Virus record (IMG/VR): IMGVR_UViG_3300044667_000164 | Location: 1 to 54,846 of that record | Source: a virus | Lineage: Duplodnaviria; Caudoviricetes | Length of the DNA stretch: 54,846 nucleotides | Reading direction: 5' to 3' (one strand) | In this document: positions 24,944 to 34,017 of the stretch, piece by piece | How the letters are laid out: each line of letters opens with the position of its first letter | How positions within the stretch are numbered: the first letter of the stretch is position 1 | Position numbers and translations under genes: made by a program | Notes under the pieces: generated by a model | Told to the model about the DNA's origin: nothing | Seen by the model: the letters and a program-made list of their open reading frames with translations, nothing else | Databases searched by the model: none

Positions 24944-27484
24944 TCAGCTCGGCTGGCCGATCACCTGGTGCACCCAGCCGATCAGGGTCTGGTTGTCCGA
25001 GGTGCGGATCGTCGCGGTGATCCGGATCACGCCGGGCAAAAGGCCCTGCCACTGCTGCAGCACGGCCGCATTGGTGATGCCGCTGCCGCCTTGCGCGACC
25101 GCTGCGGTGCCGATCGAGGCGCCACCGACCGGCGTCGCGAACGGACTGCCGGTGGGCGGCTGGTCATTCGAGATCACGACCGAGACGATCGCGGCGATCG
25201 TCACGCCCGGTGGCAGCCATGCGGCAAAATCCACCGCGCCGGTGATGGTCTCCCCGACATCCATCTGCGACAGGTCGGGACCTTGCGGCATCGGCAACCC
25301 AAGGGTGGAAGCAAGCAGGCGCAGGGGAAGCGCACCGCCGAACGCGCGCTGCGAGGCTTGTGAAAAGAACAGCCGCCCGAGGACCGGCGCAACGAAGCGC
25401 GGATCGACGAACAGGCGCGACAGCCCGATCACAAGGCTGGCACGCTGCGGTGTTAAAGCGGCGGCAGCCGAAGTCCGAAGCGGGTTCGGCCAGTAGTAGG
25501 ACGGCACCTGTCCCGCCGCGCCGAACAGCTGATCGAGGCCGTTCAACAGCATCGGCCGCTGGATGCTCAGCCGGTCATTGAGACCGACGCGCAGAAGCGG
25601 GTTCGGCCAGTCCCATTGTGCAAACGGCGGCGGCTGAACGAAAAGCGCCAGCGGCGCGCCGATGCCGAGCGGCTGTTGCCGGCCCGGCACCACTGGATTC
25701 GGCCAAAGGTACTGCGCGAAGGGCTGCGACAGCAGCGCCGGTGCGTTGGTTGCGAGCGTGCCGTCGCCTGACCACCATCCCCGGCGCGGATTCGGCCACG
25801 CATACTGCGCAAACGGTTGCGGCGCGACGCTTGGCGCAAGTAGAGCGAACGCAACAGGCGACGGCGGCGGCCACAACGGACGCGACGGGTTCGGCCATGC
25901 GAAGGCCGGGACCTGTCCCGGCGCGCCGTAGACCGTATCCTGCCCGATCAGCTGCAGCTGCGCAGCGCGGACGAAGCCGCGCAGTTCGAAAGCGAGCGGG
26001 CGAAGAAGCGGGTTCGGCCAGTCGTCCTGATTGAACGGGACCGCCTGCGGCACCAGTGGCAGTGCAAGCGTGGTGCCCTGGTTCTGCGCCTGCGGTCGGC
26101 TCGGCAGCCGCGCCGGATTTGGAAAATCGTATCCCGGGACCTCACCGGGCGCGCCGAACAACCGATCCTGACCGATCAATTGGATGTCGGTCGGCTTGAC
26201 GTGCGACTTCAGGCTGGCCGCGATCCGCGGCGGAAACGGGTTCGGCCAGTCATCCTGGTTGAACGGCGGAAGTGGGACGAGCAGCAGCGCGGGATTGATC
26301 GGCTGCTGCGACGCATCCTGCACCCGCCGGACCACGGGCATCGGCCAGGAATAGGCCGGCACTTCACCGGGGCTCCCGTAGACGCGATCCTGGCCGAGAA
26401 TCTGGACGCCGGAGCCATCGACAAAGCTGCGCAGCTCAACCGGATAGGCTTTTGGAGTCGGGTTCGGCCAGTCGTAGGTTTTGGTTTCGCCCGGCGCGCC
26501 GAACAACTGATCCTGGCCGATCAGCTGGACTTCGGCGGCATTGAAGAAATTGCGCAGCTCCGGCGCGTAAGCGAGCCTCAGAGGATCGGGCAGGATCGGC
26601 GGCACGAACGGCGCCGCGACCGCCTGGGTATAGGTGATGACGATGAGGCCTTGCGCACCGGCCCCGCCGCGGCGGCCGCCCGCGCCACCGCCATAGAGAC
26701 CCGCGGCCGGCGCCGTGCCAGTCGAGGACGAGCCGCCCGCGCCACCGCCAGAGCCGTGCGAGGCATCGAACTCGGTGCCATTGCCGCCGGCGCCGCCCTG
26801 CGACACGCCGGTCGAGGAGACACCGCCGCCGCCACCGCCATTGGTGCCGGCGACACCCGGATCGCCCGCCGCGCCGCCGCCGGTGCCGGCATTGTTGTTG
26901 CCGCCAGCGCCGCCGACGGGACCCGGCGCACCGTTGCCGCCCGCCGACCCGCCGCCATTGCCGCCACCGCCACCGGCGCCCTCGCCGGCCGTGGTGCCGG
27001 CCGCGCCGCCATTGCCGCCCGCGCCGAGCGGACCTGCCGCGCCGCCACCGCCGCCGGAATCACCGCCGGAGGTGCCATTGCCACCGGCACCGCCGGAGAA
27101 CTTCGTGGTGCCGACGGAGCTCGCCGCAGCGCCGCCCGCGCCGCCTGTCTGGGTGGCATTGACCCGGCCGCCCTGCGCAGCGCAGGACTGAGCCGAGCCG
27201 TTGGTGACGGCATTGGCGAGCGAGGTGGCATTCCACCAGGTGGCGCCACCGTTCGCGCCACCCGCGCCGGTACCGATGCCGACGTTGATGACAGTGACGC
27301 CCGCGATCAGCGGCGTCGTGGTCGTCGTGATCTTGGAATAGGCGCCGCCACCGCCGCCGCCGGTGCCGGCGCCGGCGACATTGCCGCCGCCGGCACCGAT
27401 GCATTCGACCGAGACCAGCGCGCCGAAGTCAGCCGGCACCGTCCACGTCGTGCCCGACGTGAGAAAGACGGTTACGGTTGCCAT
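24944..27484 (-). CDS. Gly-rich fibre-like protein with WPNP repeats and C-terminal adaptor-like domain
   Basis: TSGTTWTVPA..VECIGAGGG Gly-rich domain; 8 WPNP motifs; C-terminal ETI...VDFAAWL. Confidence 0.8.
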   Translation of the reverse strand: MATVTVFLTSGTTWTVPADFGALVSVECIGAGGGNVAGAGTGGGGGGAYSKITTTTTPLIAGVTVINVGIGTGAGGANGGATWWNATSLANAVTNGSAQSCAAQGGRVNATQTGGAGGAAASSVGTTKFSGGAGGNGTSGGDSGGGGGAAGPLGAGGNGGAAGTTAGEGAGGGGGNGGGSAGGNGAPGPVGGAGGNNNAGTGGGAAGDPGVAGTNGGGGGGVSSTGVSQGGAGGNGTEFDASHGSGGGAGGSSSTGTAPAAGLYGGGAGGRRGGAGAQGLIVITYTQAVAAPFVPPILPDPLRLAYAPELRNFFNAAEVQLIGQDQLFGAPGETKTYDWPNPTPKAYPVELRSFVDGSGVQILGQDRVYGSPGEVPAYSWPMPVVRRVQDASQQPINPALLLVPLPPFNQDDWPNPFPPRIAASLKSHVKPTDIQLIGQDRLFGAPGEVPGYDFPNPARLPSRPQAQNQGTTLALPLVPQAVPFNQDDWPNPLLRPLAFELRGFVRAAQLQLIGQDTVYGAPGQVPAFAWPNPSRPLWPPPSPVAFALLAPSVAPQPFAQYAWPNPRRGWWSGDGTLATNAPALLSQPFAQYLWPNPVVPGRQQPLGIGAPLALFVQPPPFAQWDWPNPLLRVGLNDRLSIQRPMLLNGLDQLFGAAGQVPSYYWPNPLRTSAAAALTPQRASLVIGLSRLFVDPRFVAPVLGRLFFSQASQRAFGGALPLRLLASTLGLPMPQGPDLSQMDVGETITGAVDFAAWLPPGVTIAAIVSVVISNDQPPTGSPFATPVGGASIGTAAVAQGGSGITNAAVLQQWQGLLPGVIRITATIRTSDNQTLIGWVHQVIGQPS

Positions 27485-27525
27485 CGGCCCTCCACCCGCC
27501 GCGTCACGGCGGGCTCATCACCCGG

Positions 27526-28029
27526 CTAGAGCGGCTCGTAGATCATGTGGGCGCCGAGCGCGCCCGGCGTGCCACCGGTGAAGGCCGACAGCGAGACCTC
27601 GCCGAGCGAAGCGGTATTGCCGATGATGGAAATCTCTTCGCCGGGGGCCGCGAGCCAGCGCACGATGCCGCCAAAGGCGTTGAACGACAGGTTCAACAGA
27701 TGCGCCGTGGCCGAGCGCTGCGGCTTCGTGGTGTTGGTGTTGCCGGTCAACGGGGGTGCTGCGAGCGCCGCGGTCGAGGCATCGAGCGGCGTGTCGGTTT
27801 GACCGGTGCCGAGCGAGTTGGTCGCAGCCACCGTGGAGTCGCGCGACAGCAGCATGTTGGTCGGCGACGACGCGCCGGCCTGGCCTCCCAGAAAGACTTC
27901 GAGGATGTTGACACGCTGGGTGCCCGAACCGCCCTGCACCAGCGCCGGATAAGTGCCATCCGCGAGATTCGTGGTATCGGCGGTCGCCGTCGGCGTGATC
28001 GTCGTGATCGAGACTGAGCGCTTGGCCAT
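27526..28029 (-). CDS. Putative virion structural protein
   Basis: Thr/Ala/Gly-rich, AGGAG RBS; resembles 11015..11635. Confidence 0.75.
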   Translation of the reverse strand: MAKRSVSITTITPTATADTTNLADGTYPALVQGGSGTQRVNILEVFLGGQAGASSPTNMLLSRDSTVAATNSLGTGQTDTPLDASTAALAAPPLTGNTNTTKPQRSATAHLLNLSFNAFGGIVRWLAAPGEEISIIGNTASLGEVSLSAFTGGTPGALGAHMIYEPL

Positions 28030-28045
28030 GATGCTCTCCTAGCAA

Positions 28046-28387
28046 TCAGAGGATGAGGGACGGTCGCGACAAGGCCTGATCGACCTCATCCATGACCTGC
28101 TTGAAGGTCTTGCAGGCGCCGCCCATCGCGACGCGACGCGCTTCACATTCGTCACAGATGTAGTGGTCGCACTTCGGGCAGTACGCGCGCTCACGTGTCC
28201 GCAGCGGATTGACGATAACGACGCGCTGACAATGCGAGCAGGTGATGGTCGGGGCCTCGAAGGTGCGGCCGGCCGCAACCGGCGGCGCGTTGCCGTTGCC
28301 AGTCGCGATCTCGCGCGCAACGCCCGGCGCCGCCGAGTGGTCGACCAGCAGATAGCCTTCGAGCGCGCGCTTCGAGAACAGCGACAT
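28046..28387 (-). CDS. Zinc-finger protein
   Basis: CSHC...CPKCDHYICDEC...C. Confidence 0.75.
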   Translation of the reverse strand: MSLFSKRALEGYLLVDHSAAPGVAREIATGNGNAPPVAAGRTFEAPTITCSHCQRVVIVNPLRTRERAYCPKCDHYICDECEARRVAMGGACKTFKQVMDEVDQALSRPSLIL

Positions 28388-28397
28388 GCTTCACCCT

Positions 28398-29309
28398 TCA
28401 GAACACGGTCTTGGCCTTGTAAGGATCGAGCAGCGTGCGGGTATCGTCGTCGATCACGCTCGCCATGAAGCGCTGGATCCGGGTGTCGCCGGCGGCGATC
28501 AGGTTGATCGCGCCGCCGAACTGCGAACTCTGCAGGATGCCGCCTGCGATATTGACCGTGGCACGGATGATCGGGTCGGGCAGTTGGCCTGCCAGAAAGC
28601 CCGCGATGTACTTGATGCGAACATCCGAATAGTAGGCCATCAGCATGCCGGCCGGCACCCAGAGCTCGGACGTTGCGTTCGACCACGAGCACTGCTGGGT
28701 CGGGATCGGTATCCACTGCGGCGGCCCGCCGAAGGTCTGCACCGCCGCGAGCAGGTTCATTTCCTGGTAGAGGCCACCGACCTGGTCGGAGCGACGGCCA
28801 TAGGCGTAGCGGCCGAGCAGCGATAGCACGTTGACGATCGGCCCCTCAGACACGCGGACGATCGAGCGCTTTGACGGCGCGTTGCGATCCTCCGCCAGCA
28901 CGAGGCCGCGCTGCGCTGACGCACCGGAATTGTGGGCAAACTGAACGTTGGTGAAGGTGAGCTGGTTCGGCGCGGTTGCCGCCGTCACCGTGACCGCTTC
29001 GCGCGCGGCGGGATTGGCTGCATCCAGCACCAGCACGTCGCCGACCATGTCGGGCCGCACGAACTGTTGCGTGACGGTCGCCGCGACATTGCTGCCGGGC
29101 GCGATCGAAGTCTGCAGCGTCAGTGTCAGGTCCGGCTGGGCGGCGACCATCGCGCACGGGTTGCCGTTGGCGTCGAGCTCGTAGACGAGGCCCTTCGGTC
29201 GCTTCAGGTAGACGTCGACCAGCGCGGAGGCCTGCGCCGCGAGCCCGTTGGGCAGCGGCGACGGCAGGCCAAAGCCATCGGTGACGCCGGCGAGATAGTT
29301 CGATCCCAT
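28398..29309 (-). CDS. Head-tail connector/neck protein
   Basis: AS.LVD.YL.RP, VRIKYIAGF...LPDPI..AT, LLDPYK. Confidence 0.75.
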   Translation of the reverse strand: MGSNYLAGVTDGFGLPSPLPNGLAAQASALVDVYLKRPKGLVYELDANGNPCAMVAAQPDLTLTLQTSIAPGSNVAATVTQQFVRPDMVGDVLVLDAANPAAREAVTVTAATAPNQLTFTNVQFAHNSGASAQRGLVLAEDRNAPSKRSIVRVSEGPIVNVLSLLGRYAYGRRSDQVGGLYQEMNLLAAVQTFGGPPQWIPIPTQQCSWSNATSELWVPAGMLMAYYSDVRIKYIAGFLAGQLPDPIIRATVNIAGGILQSSQFGGAINLIAAGDTRIQRFMASVIDDDTRTLLDPYKAKTVF

Positions 29310-29313
29310 CGGT

Positions 29314-29721
29314 TCACGAGGCGTTCAACAGCAGCGCGAAATTCGACAGCGTCGCGGTCGAGGCGCCGGTATTCGTGATCTTCAGCATGAAGCTCTGGAA
29401 CGGCAGATTGTCGGCGCCGGCATTGACGACGGCCGGCGTGCCGCCGGTGATGGCAGTGGAGAGCGGCGCGCCCTGCGCAACCTGCCCCGCCGCGTCGATA
29501 TAGCGCTGGATCGAAATCTGGCCGTTCTGAGTCGAGGTGACCGCGGCGGCAATCATCTTGAAGCCATCAGCCGGCAGCACGGGCGAGGTATAGTTGCCGG
29601 ACGCCGCAATGGTCGCGGGCAGCGCCAGCTCGCCGGCCGTAGACAGATCGGCCTGCGCGATCGGACCCTGCGCGACCGGCTCCCAGTATTGCGTGTTGAT
29701 CTCGTTCGAGACGCGGGGCAT
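29314..29721 (-). CDS. Putative head decoration/structural protein
   Basis: Beta-rich ORF in the head module. Confidence 0.65.
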   Translation of the reverse strand: MPRVSNEINTQYWEPVAQGPIAQADLSTAGELALPATIAASGNYTSPVLPADGFKMIAAAVTSTQNGQISIQRYIDAAGQVAQGAPLSTAITGGTPAVVNAGADNLPFQSFMLKITNTGASTATLSNFALLLNAS

Positions 29722-29727
29722 CAGCTC

Positions 29728-29982
29728 TCATCCCACGAGAAAGTGGTGCGGCAGGATCAGCGTCGTCTTCGAGGCCAGGCCGTGCGCGAGCAGATAGCGG
29801 CCGATATTGTCCGGTACCTCGGCGCGACCATAGGTGAACTCGACCTGCATCTCACGCGGCTCATTGGTTTCGGTCACCCACTCGGCGGGCATCTCGGCGC
29901 CTTCGAGGTGACGCGCCGGACAGATCGCGAGCACGAACGATTTCTGCGCGCGCGCCTTTTCGCCAGTGGCGTACACGATCAT
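29728..29982 (-). CDS. Small head-module protein
   Basis: V.F.YGRAEVPDNIGRYL; directly after the capsid gene. Confidence 0.7.
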   Translation of the reverse strand: MIVYATGEKARAQKSFVLAICPARHLEGAEMPAEWVTETNEPREMQVEFTYGRAEVPDNIGRYLLAHGLASKTTLILPHHFLVG

Positions 29983-30018
29983 GACGCCTCATCCTTGCAC
30001 AAGGATCAAGCAGAACGG

Positions 30019-30044
30019 CAGCCCGCGCCTCTTGGCGCGGGCTG
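30019..30044 (-). terminator. Hairpin after the major capsid gene (terminator or stabiliser)
   Basis: CAGCCCGCGCC-TCTT-GGCGCGGGCTG; weak U-tract. Confidence 0.55.
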
Positions 30045-30067
30045 ATCTCAGCATTCAGATGCGTGTT

Positions 30068-31078
30068 CTAAGGCCGCACCACCTGCACGAGGCGATGGGC
30101 ATAGCCCGCGCCCTTGGCGATCAGGGCATCGAACATCACCGCGACGTACTGGCCCTGCAACCCGGACAGCAGGCCGAGCTGGAACAGGCGCGGCTGCAGA
30201 TTGCCGTCACCGCCGTGGATCACCGGCATCTCGATGTCCTTCTCGGTGACGATCACGGCGTAATAGCCCTTCATGCCGGTCGGTACCGCCGAGAAGCCGT
30301 AGGCCGCGGTCCCCGCCGCGGTCTGCGCCGCCGCGAGGAACGGATCGACGATCAGCGGGATCGGCCCGACCTGGGTCTGTAGCGTGCGCACGACGACGCC
30401 GGCGGTGACCTCGACCTTGTCGAAGGTCAGTTGCGCCGCCTTGGCCTCGCGGTCGATGTAGTCGCCGAGGATCGGGTCGATGTAGATCGCGGTCGGCTTG
30501 ATCACGTAGGTGGTGTTGGCCGCCATCTGCGCGACCTGGGCTTTCAGGCCGTCGATGATGGAGGCGCCCTGCGCGACCTGACCGGTGGTCGTGATCTGCG
30601 TGAGCAGCGAGACGTACTGCGTCGTGGTCGGCGAGGTCAGCGAGGTATCGGTGCCCGTCCAGACCGAAGTGGCCGACAGCACGATGATCGAGTTGACGAT
30701 ATCCTCGATATCCTTCGCCTCGACGTAGGCGAACTGGCCCTGCTGCCGGGTGACATCGACATCGAACAGCGAGAGGTTGGTCTGGTTGACCAGCGCCTTG
30801 ATCATCGCCGAGCGTTCGACGCGGGTCGGACCGGTCGCCGTCGGGCTGATGTTGCGCGGGTCCGTGAAGGCCGCACTCGCGATCGCGGTCTGCTCGAAAT
30901 AGCGATGCGGGTGACCGGTGGCCGGCCGGCGATCGACCCGCTGCAGGAAGACCGAGTTGCGGCGGATGATATCGTAGATCTCGTTCTCGTACTTGTTGAT
31001 CTCGATCGCGCCGTTGCCGAGGAAGTCGGCCGCAGCCTGCATGGTGTCGGTGAAACGGGCCGCCTGGATCTGGCTCAT
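30068..31078 (-). CDS. Major capsid protein
   Basis: 336 aa from ATG at 31078, after protease/scaffold; ATGHPHRYFEQ; HK97-fold-like size. Confidence 0.85.
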   Translation of the reverse strand: MSQIQAARFTDTMQAAADFLGNGAIEINKYENEIYDIIRRNSVFLQRVDRRPATGHPHRYFEQTAIASAAFTDPRNISPTATGPTRVERSAMIKALVNQTNLSLFDVDVTRQQGQFAYVEAKDIEDIVNSIIVLSATSVWTGTDTSLTSPTTTQYVSLLTQITTTGQVAQGASIIDGLKAQVAQMAANTTYVIKPTAIYIDPILGDYIDREAKAAQLTFDKVEVTAGVVVRTLQTQVGPIPLIVDPFLAAAQTAAGTAAYGFSAVPTGMKGYYAVIVTEKDIEMPVIHGGDGNLQPRLFQLGLLSGLQGQYVAVMFDALIAKGAGYAHRLVQVVRP

Positions 31079-31109
31079 GATGGGTCTCTGTCCTTTCCCG
31101 TTTCTTTCG

Positions 31110-32516
31110 TTACAGCGCGCCGACGCGGCTGAGCTCATTCTTGAGCGTGAGCCGCTGCGTCAGGCTGAGGTTGGCGGCCTTCAGCGCGTCATCGACCTTG
31201 GCAATCGACAGTTTGGTTTCGCCCTCCGGCAGGCTCAGATTGGCCTTGGCGAGCAACGTCGTGATCGCAGGCGACAGCGTCTTGCGCTCCGGCGCCACCG
31301 TCTCCTTGCGCGCCGCGGCCTTCAGATCGGCGATCTGGGTGTTGGCGCTCTTGAGCTGCTCGGTGAGCGGTGCGGTCGCGGCCTCCACGGCCTTCTTGAC
31401 GGCCGCCTCGACATCCACATCGCCCGGCTTCGCCGCTGCGCTATAGGGATAGTCGTGATCACGGAAGATGTGCGGCACGCGGCCGATCGCGGCCTCAGCG
31501 CGCATCGCAGATGCCATCCGCCGCAGCACATGGACGTGGCCGGAGCTCGCGGCGCAGCCGATGCCGTCGCCTTCCATCGCGGCGGCAACCTGCTCCAGCG
31601 ATTTGGCGTGCGGCTCGACCTTGCCGATCGTCACGCGATTGGCTTCCAGCTTGTCGCTCGCGTCCTTCGCTTCGGCCTCGATCTTGTCCAGCCGATCGGT
31701 GACCGGCTTCAAGGCGCTGGTCAGGCTTTCGCCGAGCAGCGCCTGCAGTTCCTCTTTCGTCATATCAAGCTCCTGGGCAGCGTTGGCTGCGAGCGAGGTG
31801 GTCTGATAGGCGGCCTTGTCCTTGCGCAGGATCGCGGCGCCGGTGAACGCCAGCTCGGTTATCGTGAGCACGTCGGCGGCCGGGTCGGAGACGACGATCC
31901 GTTGCGCTTCGAACGAGAAGCCCAGCACGGCCTGCGTCGCCTTGATGGTCGCGGCGATCTCGGGGAAATCGGCGGCGTAGATGAAGCCCTCGACCACGAT
32001 CGCGTTGCCCTCGATCTGGGCGGACGTGATCAGGCCGATCTTGGCCTGGGTGTCATGGCCGTCGAACGCCGGGGTAAAATCGACGGCCATGCCGAGCAGC
32101 GAGGCGAGCGCGTTGGCGGCCGCCTCCGAAGTCACGACGATGCGACGCCCCCCGGAGCCTCCGGGCGGCTCGTCGCTCATCTCGTCAAGGCGCACGAGCA
32201 CACCGGAGAACGGCATCTTGTTGGGATGGCCGTCGTCCGGCGCGATGTTCAGCGCCATGGCGTCGAGGCGCAGCGCCCTCACCTTGTGCCAGTCGGCCGT
32301 GTCGAGACCGAGCTCGTGTGCGCGCTTGAGGATGCGTTGCCGCGCCGCCGAGCGTTCCTGCGGGGTCAGCCCCTGGGTGCGGTCGACCATGTCCCAGGCG
32401 AGCCGCGTATGGCGCTCGTCGTGGATCGGCAGCTTGCGCTTGCCGGGCACCGCGAAGTGCTCGCCCGGCAGGGCGTCGCGGGCTTTCTTGTCAAGCTTGT
32501 CGGCCGCGAGTGGCAT
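31110..32516 (-). CDS. Prohead protease/scaffold with N-terminal DUF6582-like domain
   Basis: RDALP..HFAVPGKRKLPIHD..H.RLAW N-terminus; protease-like FDGH, LGFSFE, FTGAAIL; coiled-coil C-terminus. Confidence 0.8.
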   Translation of the reverse strand: MPLAADKLDKKARDALPGEHFAVPGKRKLPIHDERHTRLAWDMVDRTQGLTPQERSAARQRILKRAHELGLDTADWHKVRALRLDAMALNIAPDDGHPNKMPFSGVLVRLDEMSDEPPGGSGGRRIVVTSEAAANALASLLGMAVDFTPAFDGHDTQAKIGLITSAQIEGNAIVVEGFIYAADFPEIAATIKATQAVLGFSFEAQRIVVSDPAADVLTITELAFTGAAILRKDKAAYQTTSLAANAAQELDMTKEELQALLGESLTSALKPVTDRLDKIEAEAKDASDKLEANRVTIGKVEPHAKSLEQVAAAMEGDGIGCAASSGHVHVLRRMASAMRAEAAIGRVPHIFRDHDYPYSAAAKPGDVDVEAAVKKAVEAATAPLTEQLKSANTQIADLKAAARKETVAPERKTLSPAITTLLAKANLSLPEGETKLSIAKVDDALKAANLSLTQRLTLKNELSRVGAL

Positions 32517-32520
32517 CGGC

Positions 32521-32760
32521 TCAGATATCCTTCAACAGCCGCGCAAGCTGGCCTGTGAGCGCAGCACTGGCGGAGGCGTCGATCGCGCGCGGCAGCGCGT
32601 TGCGCAGCTCCTCGAGCCGCTGGATCGCGCTCTCGAGATGACCGGCTTCGACAAAGCGCCCGGCAAGCGACAGCGCGCGCGCCTCGCGCTTCATTTGCGC
32701 CGCGAGTGCACTCGGCATCCGATCGGCGCGGGCGGCGGCATGAGCAAGGCGCTGGGCCAT
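32521..32760 (-). CDS. Hypothetical protein
   Basis: Helical ORF packed in the operon. Confidence 0.6.
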   Translation of the reverse strand: MAQRLAHAAARADRMPSALAAQMKREARALSLAGRFVEAGHLESAIQRLEELRNALPRAIDASASAALTGQLARLLKDI

Positions 32761-32768
32761 CGATCACC

Positions 32769-33137
32769 TCACGCCCGATCGGTGTTCTGCCAAGATGCCT
32801 GTGGCTCGCCATCGGGCGAAGCCGGCAAAGGGCCGCCATTGGTTCCCTTGAGGCTGGTGATCAGGCTATCGACATCGGCGAGCGCCTGATCGGCGGCATC
32901 GAGTTCCTTGTGCGCAGAGGCGAAGCTTTCAGAGCTATGCCCTTCCGTCGCGTCGATCCGCTTCAGCAATTTGTCGGCGCGGTCATCGAGCGCGTGGTTG
33001 AGCTTCGCCATGGCCGGCGCGATGCTGCGCAGTTTCGGATTCATCGGTGGCCGCCTCAGCATTTTGATTTCGTAGATCAGCCGCTCGCGCTGCAGCCGGG
33101 CATGCCAGATCAGGACCGCCGCACAGAGCCGATCCAC
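32769..33137 (-). CDS. Hypothetical coiled-coil protein (start may be ATG 33044)
   Basis: ORF packed in the operon. Confidence 0.55.
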   Translation of the reverse strand: MDRLCAAVLIWHARLQRERLIYEIKMLRRPPMNPKLRSIAPAMAKLNHALDDRADKLLKRIDATEGHSSESFASAHKELDAADQALADVDSLITSLKGTNGGPLPASPDGEPQASWQNTDRA

Positions 33138-33138
33138 G

Positions 33139-33702
33139 TCAGCGCACAGCGACGCGCACGCTCAGTGTCGTCGCCTGATAGCGACCGGTCGCCGTCACGG
33201 CGGCCCGCAACTGATTGCCGAGCACCCCGTCATTGACGCCTTCGACCGCAAGCGGCGCATAGGCCGTGATCTTTTTCGACAGCAGACCTTCGAGGTTGCA
33301 GTGCTTGACGACCGAGGCCTTGGCGAAGTCGAAGCGCGCGATATCGCGCCAGGTGACACCGTCATCGAACGTCGTCTGCACGATCGCGCCGACCACGCCG
33401 GCGCCGGCGCCATAGGCAAAACTCGCTTCGATCGTGATCGCGGTCAGTCCATCGAGACCGCTGCGCACGGGCCCGATCGCATTGTCATCACCGGTGATCG
33501 GTTGGTCCAATAGCGTAAACACACTCGCCCGACGCGGAGCAAGGGTCGCAGCCTTCGCAGGCGAGGCGGGCAGCGCCGCTGCGATCGTCGCCAGCGTGGT
33601 GCGGAGCTCGGCGAACTGCTGGTTGGCGGTCACGCTGAGCCCGTTGAGATCGACACCGCCAGCGCTGGCGTGCCGCAGCGCCGCGGCGTCAAAGCCGTCC
33701 AT
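33139..33702 (-). CDS. Putative structural protein
   Basis: VQTTFDDGVTWRDIARFDF; beta-sandwich-like. Confidence 0.7.
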   Translation of the reverse strand: MDGFDAAALRHASAGGVDLNGLSVTANQQFAELRTTLATIAAALPASPAKAATLAPRRASVFTLLDQPITGDDNAIGPVRSGLDGLTAITIEASFAYGAGAGVVGAIVQTTFDDGVTWRDIARFDFAKASVVKHCNLEGLLSKKITAYAPLAVEGVNDGVLGNQLRAAVTATGRYQATTLSVRVAVR

Positions 33703-33707
33703 GTGAG

Positions 33708-34013
33708 TTAGCCGAGGACCACCACGTCGAACGTGCTGGCGGCGAGCGTGTTGGCCGCAAGCCGCGGCGTCAGCACGACGTTGAAGCCATTCGCGGTCTT
33801 GCCCGAGACGTAAGCCGTCGCGTCCTGGTTCGGTTGCACCAGCACGGTGTAGCTCGGCGGCAACGGCTCGGCGAAGGTCACCGCGGTGGTGACGGATTGA
33901 CCCGCGCCGCCGCCGGCGAGATTGGCGAGGCCGATCTGCACGCCGACGATCAGGCGATCGGTGAACGCCTGGCTCGAGCCGTCAAGTTGCGCAACGGTGT
34001 GCTTCTGCAGCAT
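33708..34013 (-). CDS. Small beta-rich structural protein
   Basis: ATG at 34013, 4 bp after portal stop; VTF..PLP.SY.V.V...KTANGF.V pattern. Confidence 0.7.
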   Translation of the reverse strand: MLQKHTVAQLDGSSQAFTDRLIVGVQIGLANLAGGGAGQSVTTAVTFAEPLPPSYTVLVQPNQDATAYVSGKTANGFNVVLTPRLAANTLAASTFDVVVLG

Positions 34014-34017
34014 GATA

